A stretch of DNA of 64,000 nucleotides, taken from the sequence record MW250785. One strand, given 5' to 3'. The translations under genes and the position numbers were made by a program. The stretch comes from Escherichia phage UPEC03. This document shows, one piece after another, positions 52,252 through 60,384 of this stretch. Positions within the stretch are counted from its first letter, which is position 1. Each line of letters starts with the position of its first letter. A model generated the notes under the pieces. It had not been told where the DNA came from and searched no databases. It saw nothing but the letters and a program-made list of their open reading frames with translations.

Positions 52252-52427
52252 ATTTCGATGTTCGGTGAGTAAGTAACGTTCACCATCGGCATAGTGCGGT
52301 ATTTGTATGCGGCTTTGTACGCATCGAGTTCAGTCGGAACACAGAAAGAGAAACCGTTGTCATAACGTTCTGCGTTAGAAACTTCACAACCAACTACAGA
52401 AGCAATGTTTTTGTTCATGTTCATGAT
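52221..52427 (-). CDS. hypothetical protein
   Basis: start at ATG 52427 after the cassette leader and RBS aaaggaaaa. Confidence 0.5.
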   Translation of the reverse strand: MMNMNKNIASVVGCEVSNAERYDNGFSFCVPTELDAYKAAYKYRTMPMVNVTYSPNIEMWVVQVYNKV

Positions 52428-52500
52428 GTTTTCCTTTCTCTGTTTCGTTTCGATGTGTGTAATATAACAAAGCCCCTGCATTGCTGCAAGGGCTTTTTTC
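52428..52500 (-). promoter_or_regulatory. PeSL-like stem-loop/promoter cassette
   Basis: minus-strand reading: aaaaaagccc-TTGCAG...-ggggcttt hairpin, TATATT, ACACACATCGAAACGAAACA leader. Confidence 0.55.
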
Positions 52501-52503
52501 ACT

Positions 52504-52812
52504 TTAATCGAATTTTTCTGGCAACTGGTCTACAAGTGCTTGAGTTTGATGAAGTTCTTCACTCAATTTATCACGATAATGAACCAATTCGCGGGTTCTT
52601 GATGCGGAATAGCTAATGAGTTTATCAGCGGTAGCGGTGTAACCGTAACCAGCACACGCGATTTCCAGTTTTGCGTTATCGCCGTTAGGTACGCGGATAT
52701 GAGCATACGCCAGCAAGTTTTTAACCGCTTGCAACAGTTCATGATCTTCTTTGCCGATGATAAACTGGTTTGGTTCTGCTGAATCCATATACAGTTCTTC
52801 GTCTTTGTTCAT
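52504..52812 (-). CDS. hypothetical protein
   Basis: 102-aa ORF. Confidence 0.5.
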   Translation of the reverse strand: MNKDEELYMDSAEPNQFIIGKEDHELLQAVKNLLAYAHIRVPNGDNAKLEIACAGYGYTATADKLISYSASRTRELVHYRDKLSEELHQTQALVDQLPEKFD

Positions 52813-53342
52813 TTTGCAGCCTTATACATTTCCAGGACGCGGTTCATGTGATCTTGAGATTGAGGCACACCCGCGAAGTTCAGTTTGATGAAGAATTCCA
52901 GACGATCCTTTTTGGTGCATTCATCCAGCCCCAGGGCAGGTAATGAAATGTTTTCAAAGGCTCGTTGTTCGTGTCGTGGTATTTCGTCCCAGAACAAACG
53001 GGAACCGTCCGGCATAGGAATCCCAATTTCACCTTCGTAGACTTTGATAATCGTCGTCAGGCGTTGTTTGCCGTCGATCACTTCTACCCAATGGGTTTCG
53101 TTGAACTGACTATCAACCGCGATCGCAATGATACCGCAAGGGAAACCACTGATCAGGGTAGTCAGAAACGCATCTTGCTCTTTCTGCGTCCACACATAGG
53201 GGCGCTGGTAAGATGGATTCAGATCCAGATCTTTATTCTTCCACCAATGCAGATAACTCCCAACCATGATCGCGTGATCGCGACTGCGAAAAGTTAACTG
53301 ATCGCGGATACGGTTATGAACCGGAATATCATCTTTAGACAT
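52809..53342 (-). CDS. DUF262 (ParB-like / GmrSD N-terminal-like) domain protein
   Basis: motifs NPSYQRPYVW and IDGKQRLTT; 177 aa with no DUF1524/HNH partner domain. Confidence 0.55.
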   Translation of the reverse strand: MSKDDIPVHNRIRDQLTFRSRDHAIMVGSYLHWWKNKDLDLNPSYQRPYVWTQKEQDAFLTTLISGFPCGIIAIAVDSQFNETHWVEVIDGKQRLTTIIKVYEGEIGIPMPDGSRLFWDEIPRHEQRAFENISLPALGLDECTKKDRLEFFIKLNFAGVPQSQDHMNRVLEMYKAAK

Positions 53343-53664
53343 GATTCACCACCCAGCCCAACAAACCAGTATTGATAGCCGCAACGGTAAGGCAAATCAC
53401 CGCCAACACCCGCGCGTTATGAACTTTGGTTTTCAGTTCTGCGATCTCCTGATCATTTTCACTTTCGAACTCTTCACGGGTTCCATAGTAACCAGGATCA
53501 GCAGCGGTTGCCGGACGAACTGCATCTTTTTCAACGATGGTTGCATAACCGCTCGTTACTTTCGTTGCTCCGTACCAGTCACCGCGATCGTTATTGATGA
53601 TCAGGTGATCACCCTTCGCGTTATGCTTCGACTTACCAATGACAACTACACGTTCACCATTCAT
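53335..53664 (-). CDS. hypothetical protein with C-terminal TM helix
   Basis: C-terminus VLAVICLTVAAINTGLLGWVV. Confidence 0.5.
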   Translation of the reverse strand: MNGERVVVIGKSKHNAKGDHLIINNDRGDWYGATKVTSGYATIVEKDAVRPATAADPGYYGTREEFESENDQEIAELKTKVHNARVLAVICLTVAAINTGLLGWVVNHV

Positions 53665-53671
53665 AATATAA

Positions 53672-53932
53672 TCACTCTTTCACGTTTTGTTGTAAGAACT
53701 CTAACAGCTTTCCTTCGGCCTGTAAAGCATAAAGTTTATTCAGCTTTGCGATATTTTCAAAGTCTGATTTTTCGCTGAACGACCAGACCCCATCATCGGA
53801 AACCAGCGCACCGATTGATACGCCAGTTTCAGGATCACGCGTCAACGCCAGCCCCAGGGGATGCAGGATATCTTTATTGATTTTCCAAATCAGCCCCAAT
53901 TGAGATAAGGTGTTGAAATCAACGTGACTCAT
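53672..53932 (-). CDS. hypothetical protein
   Basis: 86-aa ORF. Confidence 0.5.
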   Translation of the reverse strand: MSHVDFNTLSQLGLIWKINKDILHPLGLALTRDPETGVSIGALVSDDGVWSFSEKSDFENIAKLNKLYALQAEGKLLEFLQQNVKE

Positions 53933-54315
53933 TTAGGCAATGCCCCGAAAGACAGCAGCCCCATACGATGATCGTTATCTGATTCACCAGTGCTGAATTC
54001 AAATTCTTCACCGCTGATACTGATAGCGCGGAAACCGTCTTTCAGGTATGGCAACAGATACAGAGGGATCAGCATCATGTTTGAATCGTCGCTCCACTTA
54101 CGGAAGCCCAGATTTTTCATTTCTTCCAGCGTCAAATCATTCGGATCGACGGGTTCGAAATCAGGGGAAGCGTAAAGGCGTCCAGGCAGATCGCGAATAT
54201 TTTTCACGGTGAATGAATCACCCCAGGACTGATACACGGTAGGTTCAGCGGCGCGGGTTGCGGTAGCCAGGAGGATCATTTGACAGATTTGAAAAGTTGT
54301 TGCTTTTGGTTTCAT
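53929..54315 (-). CDS. hypothetical secreted protein
   Basis: N-terminal signal-like sequence. Confidence 0.5.
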   Translation of the reverse strand: MKPKATTFQICQMILLATATRAAEPTVYQSWGDSFTVKNIRDLPGRLYASPDFEPVDPNDLTLEEMKNLGFRKWSDDSNMMLIPLYLLPYLKDGFRAISISGEEFEFSTGESDNDHRMGLLSFGALPK

Positions 54316-54725
54316 GATGTATATCCCACAAGTTTAGTCAGTAAATTCCCCATAGTCTTACGCGCATGATCGCGGATCTGGCTATACGGAACATATTTGA
54401 AGTCATCCATTTCAGTAATGGTTCGACCATTTTTAACGAAGGTTGAAGCACAAACACATTTTTCTGCTTCGGGGTAATTATTACCCACATATACGAATAA
54501 CACAAGCTCTTTTTTACTCGTATAATCAATCAGACCCAGGCTCAACAGTTCGTGTTGTTCAACTACAACGCCCGTTTCCTCGAAGCATTCACGGATAGCA
54601 GCATTGATCGGGGATTCGCCTTTTTCGATATGCCCCTTTGGGATGTCCCAATGAGGCGTTTCGGTTGCGTGGCCCATTAAAACGCTGCCGTTATTCAGGA
54701 AGAGAATACCAGCAGACCGTTCCAT
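54312..54725 (-). CDS. Nudix hydrolase (NudE-like)
   Basis: perfect Nudix box GHIEKGESPINAAIRECFEETGV. Confidence 0.8.
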   Translation of the reverse strand: MERSAGILFLNNGSVLMGHATETPHWDIPKGHIEKGESPINAAIRECFEETGVVVEQHELLSLGLIDYTSKKELVLFVYVGNNYPEAEKCVCASTFVKNGRTITEMDDFKYVPYSQIRDHARKTMGNLLTKLVGYTS

Positions 54726-54970
54726 TACTGTGCTCCGAACTTACGATCGTATGCTGCCAGCGCTTTATCTGCTGCATCAACTGCCTGAGTGTGTTTGTTA
54801 GCGGATTTCTCGCTGAACACTTCGCGGTAAATGGCAACCCAGAGGGATCGGCGGGTCTGTTCGCTTTCTTCATTGACGCGAGAAGCCGCAAAAGCGTTAT
54901 GTTCTTTGATCAGTTGTGCGAATTCAGCATCATGATCAATGGTTTGTTGTTGAATAGCTGTAGAAGTCAT
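54725..54970 (-). CDS. hypothetical protein
   Basis: 81-aa ORF. Confidence 0.5.
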   Translation of the reverse strand: MTSTAIQQQTIDHDAEFAQLIKEHNAFAASRVNEESEQTRRSLWVAIYREVFSEKSANKHTQAVDAADKALAAYDRKFGAQ

Positions 54971-55245
54971 AATTCACCTATTTCTTTCAGTTCAGTTTTG
55001 AGTTTTTCGAGAGTCGATTGGTACTGAATGCCGTTTTCTGGATTTGGCAGACGGGCATAATACAGCGTACCAGTTTTGTTGATGTCTGACAACACCTCTT
55101 GATCGAGGGTAGCCGGATCGATGCCAAAAGCCATTTTAAACATGGTTTCCGCGTCTGGGGCGAATCCGTGAGAGAATGCAAACCCCAGCTTTTTATCAAA
55201 CTGCATCAGGGATACTTTGTTACCCATTGATATCTTATTCCCCAT
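54967..55245 (-). CDS. hypothetical protein
   Basis: ORF; start uncertain (55245 or 55227). Confidence 0.4.
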   Translation of the reverse strand: MGNKISMGNKVSLMQFDKKLGFAFSHGFAPDAETMFKMAFGIDPATLDQEVLSDINKTGTLYYARLPNPENGIQYQSTLEKLKTELKEIGEL

Positions 55246-55531
55246 AATGTTCTTCGTAATCCTCGCATTCTGGGAGATAGGTTTCGCAGAACATACACAG
55301 CGTGAAGAATGTAGGCTGGCGAATTCCGATATTATCGGGTAAGTACATCCAGAACGTGTTAGCAAACACGATGAACGTTTTCAGGTTTTCAACGGTTACG
55401 GTACTGACACCATCATAACCGGATTGAGCAATTGCGCGTTCCAGGGGAACAGGGTATTGCTCGCAGTAATCGACGTAATGATCGCTTGTTACAAGCGCAT
55501 TAGCCGCTTTTACGAGATCGGTAATTTTCAT
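55235..55531 (-). CDS. hypothetical protein
   Basis: 98-aa ORF. Confidence 0.5.
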   Translation of the reverse strand: MKITDLVKAANALVTSDHYVDYCEQYPVPLERAIAQSGYDGVSTVTVENLKTFIVFANTFWMYLPDNIGIRQPTFFTLCMFCETYLPECEDYEEHYGE

Positions 55532-55794
55532 TCAATATATCCCCAACGAATTTTTACGTTATCTTCTGACGCCGGACTTGTAGGAGTTGGGTATGGATAA
55601 CTTTGCGCTTCCCACAGATAAACAATGGCGTGTTTTGTCAATTCTTCGATAACTTCATCGAAAGTACCGACACTGGTTTGTAAAGGCAACGAGAAAGGTT
55701 TATCGTTGGTTTCTACTTGAGCGATTGGCCCATCTACCAAGATAACACGAACCGTTGTGTGCTCAGACATATGAGCATAGATTTTGTTTTTCAT
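55528..55794 (-). CDS. hypothetical protein
   Basis: 88-aa ORF. Confidence 0.5.
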   Translation of the reverse strand: MKNKIYAHMSEHTTVRVILVDGPIAQVETNDKPFSLPLQTSVGTFDEVIEELTKHAIVYLWEAQSYPYPTPTSPASEDNVKIRWGYIE

Positions 55795-56129
55795 GCGGGT
55801 ACATATTCCACTTTGACAGGTTTTGCAATAAGGCGTTCTTTGGTGAAGCCTTGCCCGTTACAGATATCACAAGTAACGTTGAAGTCTTCCATCTGATCAA
55901 CCCAGCCAGAATCCGGTAAGCCAGAAGGATACGTGTTAACACGCACAACTTCGAACCCTTTACCATCGCATTTCGGGCATTTGTGCGGGTACTGGGATTT
56001 AACCATACTCAGCAGTTGCCCCAGCGTTGTTGAACGATCGAAGCGTTCGACCAGTGCCATTACATCAGCAATACGAATCGAACCAGCATCAATAACGGTA
56101 TACAGGTTTTTCGGTACATTTGAGCGCAT
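55791..56129 (-). CDS. DnaJ-type zinc-finger protein
   Basis: CxxCxGxG repeats (CPKCDGKG, CDICNGQG); start at internal ATG 56129. Confidence 0.5.
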   Translation of the reverse strand: MRSNVPKNLYTVIDAGSIRIADVMALVERFDRSTTLGQLLSMVKSQYPHKCPKCDGKGFEVVRVNTYPSGLPDSGWVDQMEDFNVTCDICNGQGFTKERLIAKPVKVEYVPA

Positions 56130-56133
56130 AGTA

Positions 56134-56280
56134 TATTTCTCACTTAAAAATTTTTTTGATGAAAGAGAGGAACAATCCACCACCGAACATGATCCAGTAT
56201 CCCGCGCCGTCACCGTTAAACAGGACATACACAGCGACACCATAGCAAAAGATTTCCGCGATATTCAGTAAGTTTCTCAT
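56134..56280 (-). CDS. small TM peptide (48 aa)
   Basis: hand-found hydrophobic ORF with strong RBS aaaggaggg. Confidence 0.4.
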
Positions 56281-56369
56281 AACTCCCTCCTTTGTCTACA
56301 CCAGGTATTTTACCAGAAAGTAGATTACTGTCAACAACAAAGTTTTATCAACCCACTTATCACCAGTCA

Positions 56370-56510
56370 TTAGTAATCCCCTACAGGTTGAGAAGATGCA
56401 ACGCTCAGTATACGGAAAGAGCATTCATTCCATTTGCAATAAGTTTTCGCACAGTGAACAGTGCCTTTCATTACAAACCCGTTTGAGAACACCAGCCAGT
56501 AAAGTTTCAT
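56370..56510 (-). CDS. small Cys-containing protein (46 aa)
   Basis: start at ATG 56510 after the cassette leader and RBS aaaggagg. Confidence 0.4.
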   Translation of the reverse strand: MKLYWLVFSNGFVMKGTVHCAKTYCKWNECSFRILSVASSQPVGDY

Positions 56511-56585
56511 GATTGCCTCCTTTGTTTCGACACCCCTAATATAACAAAAGCCCCTGCACGAATGCAAGGGCTTTTTTCAAATATT
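56511..56585 (-). promoter_or_regulatory. PeSL-like stem-loop/promoter cassette
   Basis: minus-strand reading: aaaaaagccc-TTGCAT...-ggggctttt hairpin, TATATT, leader GGGGTGTCGAAACAAAGGAGG. Confidence 0.5.
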
Positions 56586-57134
56586 TTTCAACATGTGTAG
56601 TTGAGGCGGACAATCTTTTGAAGCAATCAGGCGATCCAGGCGTGACATAACGCGTCTGTAGCCGTCATACTCGAACTTGATTTTAGGTGCGATGTAATTA
56701 ACATGGATCGCGTTTCGCGTGTTCAGGCTCAATGTATACTCAGGGATAACGGTTCGGAATCGTACAGCAATCACTGGCTTTTCGTGAGCAATAGAATCAT
56801 CCATGTTTTCAAACATCTGGACGGTGAACGCACAGGCAAACACTTTGCCATTGATCCGGCGATATGCAATGACTTCCTGCATACCTTCGTTTTTCGCTTT
56901 CACCGCGTAATGCAGAACGTTACACGAATAATGTTTAGCGAGACTATTAAGAATTTCACTGTAGATCGCAAAGTCTTTTTTGACTGACGCGGAACGATCC
57001 AGGAATCGGTCTGCGATGTGATCTGTAGTCATTGAAACCTTTGTCACATACCAATCACTTAACGCTTTACTGAAATTTTGGTTAACTTCTCTGCGTAAGT
57101 TATTGATAACATACATCAATCGTGCTCTGTTCAT
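56577..57134 (-). CDS. hypothetical protein
   Basis: 185-aa ORF. Confidence 0.55.
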   Translation of the reverse strand: MNRARLMYVINNLRREVNQNFSKALSDWYVTKVSMTTDHIADRFLDRSASVKKDFAIYSEILNSLAKHYSCNVLHYAVKAKNEGMQEVIAYRRINGKVFACAFTVQMFENMDDSIAHEKPVIAVRFRTVIPEYTLSLNTRNAIHVNYIAPKIKFEYDGYRRVMSRLDRLIASKDCPPQLHMLKNI

Positions 57135-57137
57135 AAA

Positions 57138-57761
57138 TCACCCATTATGTTTGAAGTATTCGATCTGACGCAGACGTTTTTCTGCTGCCTCTTTCGAATC
57201 ATATTCACCAAGTTCTTTCGTGCGATCATGGTTCAGCACAACCCACTTATCGCCGCGATGTTCGATGTGCTCCGTGATGTCTTCAACTTTCTTATCAAGA
57301 TCCAGCGGTTCAGCATCTTCCTCGATAATAGTCAAATCTACGGGCAGTGTCAACAGTCTTTTAACTCCGCTGATATCTTCGATGCGGGAATCATATGCGA
57401 GCGTTACGTGTGGTTTGTAATCGTCATAATCGTATGTTGCTCCAGCATCCATTGCATCTTTGAAGCGGCTATGGAGATAATCAGATTCCAGAACGCCCAC
57501 GATCGTATTACCGTATTTCGTTTCCCACTTCTCCACGTCAACCAGTCGGGCAGGTTCAGAGATACCGGAGGCAGGGAACAGATCAACCGTCTTACGGCTA
57601 TACACAATCGTTGTATGCAGTTTTGCAGCGGAAACAGGATTCTCTACACCCAGAAGTTTTTGCACCTTCGCGAGCGCTTCACAGGAAGCCTGATCGAACT
57701 TCGCACACATATAGATCCCCGGATCAACTACGGGTTTCGCTACTTCAATAAAACTTTTCAT
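57138..57761 (-). CDS. 57B: 2H phosphoesterase family protein (57B-like)
   Basis: two H-x-T motifs (LHTTIVYS, PHVTLAYD); lies downstream of 57A as in T4. Confidence 0.6.
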   Translation of the reverse strand: MKSFIEVAKPVVDPGIYMCAKFDQASCEALAKVQKLLGVENPVSAAKLHTTIVYSRKTVDLFPASGISEPARLVDVEKWETKYGNTIVGVLESDYLHSRFKDAMDAGATYDYDDYKPHVTLAYDSRIEDISGVKRLLTLPVDLTIIEEDAEPLDLDKKVEDITEHIEHRGDKWVVLNHDRTKELGEYDSKEAAEKRLRQIEYFKHNG

Positions 57762-57780
57762 GTGTACTCCAAATGAAAAA

Positions 57781-57794
57781 GGGGCTTTCGCCCC
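57781..57794 (-). terminator. terminator after the 57A-like gene
   Basis: ggggc-gaaa-gcccc hairpin with T-run on the minus strand; second palindrome aacgcctaagcgtt lies beside it. Confidence 0.5.
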
Positions 57795-57819
57795 CAGTGG
57801 TTAAACGCCTAAGCGTTAA

Positions 57820-58086
57820 TTATGCTTTTGATGCATCAATCGCTTCATTATCACCAGCGATTTCTACTGTTGCTGGCAGAAGTGCTTTGATCGCGCCGAT
57901 CAGGGCATCAGGGGATACACCCTGCGAACCGTCGATTTCCAGAAGACCGCAAATCTGGCCTACGAGTTGACGGTGATTTGCCAGTTCTTGTTCTTTACCC
58001 TGAATGATTTCGTTCAGGTCGAATACACGGGCTTTCAGGATCAGGACATCGTTTTGAAGCTGTTGGGTTTGGTTTTGTTCAGTCAT
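57820..58086 (-). CDS. 57A: tail-fibre assembly chaperone (gp57A-like)
   Basis: 88-aa coiled-coil protein directly downstream of gene 1. Confidence 0.6.
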   Translation of the reverse strand: MTEQNQTQQLQNDVLILKARVFDLNEIIQGKEQELANHRQLVGQICGLLEIDGSQGVSPDALIGAIKALLPATVEIAGDNEAIDASKA

Positions 58087-58089
58087 TGT

Positions 58090-58758
58090 TTACACTCTTA
58101 AAAGATTGAATACATTAAGCACGTTGCGTTTCAAATCGTCTAACGTACCATTATTTAGGATTGTATAATCACTCAAGCCAGGTGTCAAACCTTTCTCCGT
58201 TGAATGATTATCTTCAATACCAGTTTCACGTTCAAGGAACACAAAGCGAGTCCCGAACTTGCTCAGGTATTTATATTCGTGCGGTTGACGCACATCGGTA
58301 ATGATAAAGTGATCCGCGTAGGATTTCAACATTTTTTGAAGCGCAATTGAAGTCCAGATAGACGGATCTACTTTACAAACAATATCAGTCCCGAACACCT
58401 GCATCAAACGGCGAATCGTCCAGGGCTGGGTGTTTTCTTCGCAAATTTTATGAGCGATAACATCTGCGTTACTCATGAAGAACCCGCGAGAACTTAATTT
58501 TTTGATACCGCTAGAAAACAGCGTGTATGCATCGTTATTGGACATCACCAGCGGGGCTTCACGATCACCCTCATAGAATGGGTTCTTCGCTGCCAGCGCT
58601 CGCAATTGCGTGTTATCGTGATGTTCCATAGAACGTTTCAGGATAGCTTTGATTTCGTCGGCTAACGCGATAACTTCAACATTGCGGAAGTTATGCACAA
58701 CCATTTGAGCAACGGTATCTTTACCCGTTCGCTTTTTACCACAAATACCATAAATCAT
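58090..58758 (-). CDS. 1: deoxynucleoside monophosphate kinase
   Basis: P-loop GICGKKRTGKDT; segment WTIRRLMQVFGTDIV resembles T4 gp1 as recalled. Confidence 0.8.
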   Translation of the reverse strand: MIYGICGKKRTGKDTVAQMVVHNFRNVEVIALADEIKAILKRSMEHHDNTQLRALAAKNPFYEGDREAPLVMSNNDAYTLFSSGIKKLSSRGFFMSNADVIAHKICEENTQPWTIRRLMQVFGTDIVCKVDPSIWTSIALQKMLKSYADHFIITDVRQPHEYKYLSKFGTRFVFLERETGIEDNHSTEKGLTPGLSDYTILNNGTLDDLKRNVLNVFNLLRV

Positions 58759-59306
58759 TTTTGCGTTTTCCGTGGAGTAGGCACGATCACCCGTCCGTCG
58801 ATCTCAATTTCCATGTGAGCGAAGTTGAACATCGTCATACAGGATACGGCTTCATCCGAATCATTGGTATACATAAGCTCAAGCTCTCCGAGGTTGGAGG
58901 GCCAAGCGCCATAGAAGCGAAATGTCGCTACAGTTTTTGACTGCGAGTTATCCAGGATATGCAAAGCCATTGCCTGTTGTGGTTCACTCCAACGCACGGA
59001 ATCGAAGGTGTTAAAATCGACAGTACCGAGCATCCAAAGGTAAACCCCAAGATACGATCGCAGTTCTTCATCAACAGCAAAACGAATAGTCAGTGGATCG
59101 AACTCCATTGCAGATCCTGGGATCTTCCCTCGAATCATTGGGTTCAGTGGGACATCCGTAATTGGAATGTTGATAGAAGGTAGTGTAACACCCTGAACTT
59201 GTAGTTTCAACCCTTTTACATAATCATTGTCAGGAATATCTAACATGAAGTTAGTAGGTGAAATCTGGTTCAGGATCATAGCAGTTGTATTCATGATGAT
59301 CTCCAT
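58755..59306 (-). CDS. 3: tail completion / sheath stabiliser protein (gp3-like), by synteny
   Basis: 183-aa ORF immediately upstream of gene 1 (T4 order 3-1-57A-57B); preceded by a TATAAATA motif. Confidence 0.5.
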   Translation of the reverse strand: MEIIMNTTAMILNQISPTNFMLDIPDNDYVKGLKLQVQGVTLPSINIPITDVPLNPMIRGKIPGSAMEFDPLTIRFAVDEELRSYLGVYLWMLGTVDFNTFDSVRWSEPQQAMALHILDNSQSKTVATFRFYGAWPSNLGELELMYTNDSDEAVSCMTMFNFAHMEIEIDGRVIVPTPRKTQK

Positions 59307-59387
59307 TTTATAGATATTTAGATCAAGACCGTGAGCGAAGCGAACACACGAACGAAGTGAGTGTTATGTACGATGTACTGTTTATAA

Positions 59388-59395
59388 TATTTATA
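59388..59395 (-). promoter_or_regulatory. T4-type late promoter core TATAAATA
   Basis: exact TATAAATA on the minus strand about 80 nt upstream of the gp3-like start, inside an AT-rich core flanked by inverted GC-rich repeats. Confidence 0.45.
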
Positions 59396-59562
59396 TTTTA
59401 TATATAGAGAAAACAGTACATTTCCGTATACTTTTTATACAATCGTTAACTATCCGTCTTCGCTTCGCTTGACGGAACTCGCTTCGCTCGCGATCTAATT
59501 TTTAGTTGATCTATTCAATAAATAGGTATATCATACCTATACTTTCAAAAGAGATTGAAAAC

Positions 59563-60348
59563 ATGAAATCATTCAAAGAACTACTTTCTGAATCTGTTCA
59601 GAACAAAAAATTTGCTAAGACCGTTGATCTGGTTGACCGTGGTAACGCTGCAAAAGGTCAGATCGGTTTCCTGCATTTTGCACATGGTGCTGATTACGAT
59701 GTGTATGCGCCGGACTCCCACGATCTCGCTTACTTCGGTAAAGGTGTTGTCCGCCTGAAAGGTAAAACCACTGGTAAGACTCAGGCAGCGTATATTGACT
59801 GGGCGAAAGGCACTGTTTCATTCTACAGCGGTGATCCTGCTGACGATCTGAAATTTGACAAGCCACTGAAATTCAAAGGCGCTTCCCTGTACAAAGAAGC
59901 CGAAGAAAACCTGGATCTGTACAATCAGTTGGCGGAAGATTTCGAGATTGATCTGCCTCTGGATGAAGCATTGGTGAAAGGAAAGGTGTACAAGCTCCCA
60001 AGTAACGATATGTGCTTGCTGTATACCGGACGTACCAAAACCAAAGAAACAGGTGAATACGCCGTGTTTACGGTTGTAGATGCCTCTGGTAAGCCTCGTC
60101 TGGTATCGGGTAAACGCTTTACCCAGGAATACAAAGGTGATGTTCTGTCTAAACTGGTTCTAGCTGAATCAGAAGATTTGAACGAAGCCGCTAAAGATAT
60201 TCGCGAAAAAGTTATTGCGGTGTTGGTGAAACGTGGGTTTAACGAAAAAGACGCAGAAAAGATGGTTGATAAAAACCTGAAAGATGCGATGAAGGTTCGA
60301 CCTGGCGCAACCCCTGGCAAACTCGCGGAAATCGTGAGTATCCTGTAA
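59563..60348 (+). CDS. putative internal (capsid-packaged) protein with capsid-targeting-like N-terminus
   Basis: N-terminus MKSFKELLSE resembles the T4 internal-protein targeting sequence MKTYQEFIAE; start taken at ATG 59563 (RBS gagattgaaaac), not track start 59506. Confidence 0.45.
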   Translation: MKSFKELLSESVQNKKFAKTVDLVDRGNAAKGQIGFLHFAHGADYDVYAPDSHDLAYFGKGVVRLKGKTTGKTQAAYIDWAKGTVSFYSGDPADDLKFDKPLKFKGASLYKEAEENLDLYNQLAEDFEIDLPLDEALVKGKVYKLPSNDMCLLYTGRTKTKETGEYAVFTVVDASGKPRLVSGKRFTQEYKGDVLSKLVLAESEDLNEAAKDIREKVIAVLVKRGFNEKDAEKMVDKNLKDAMKVRPGATPGKLAEIVSIL

Positions 60349-60354
60349 AAATAA

Positions 60355-60383
60355 AGCCCCTTCCTTTCGGTTGGGGCTTTTTT
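60355..60383. terminator. bidirectional terminator
   Basis: agcccc...ggggct hairpin followed by ttttt, between convergent genes. Confidence 0.55.
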
Positions 60384-60384
60384 G

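Noticed and set aside
14607-56585. The repeated hairpin elements as a CRISPR array
   Set aside because: Copies are dispersed over 40 kb in intergenic positions with unequal spacing and promoter-like content, not a regular repeat-spacer array.
57147-57776. 209-aa plus-strand ORF antisense to the 57B-like gene
   Set aside because: It exactly mirrors a minus-strand gene that has 2H phosphoesterase motifs and T4 synteny; no independent support.
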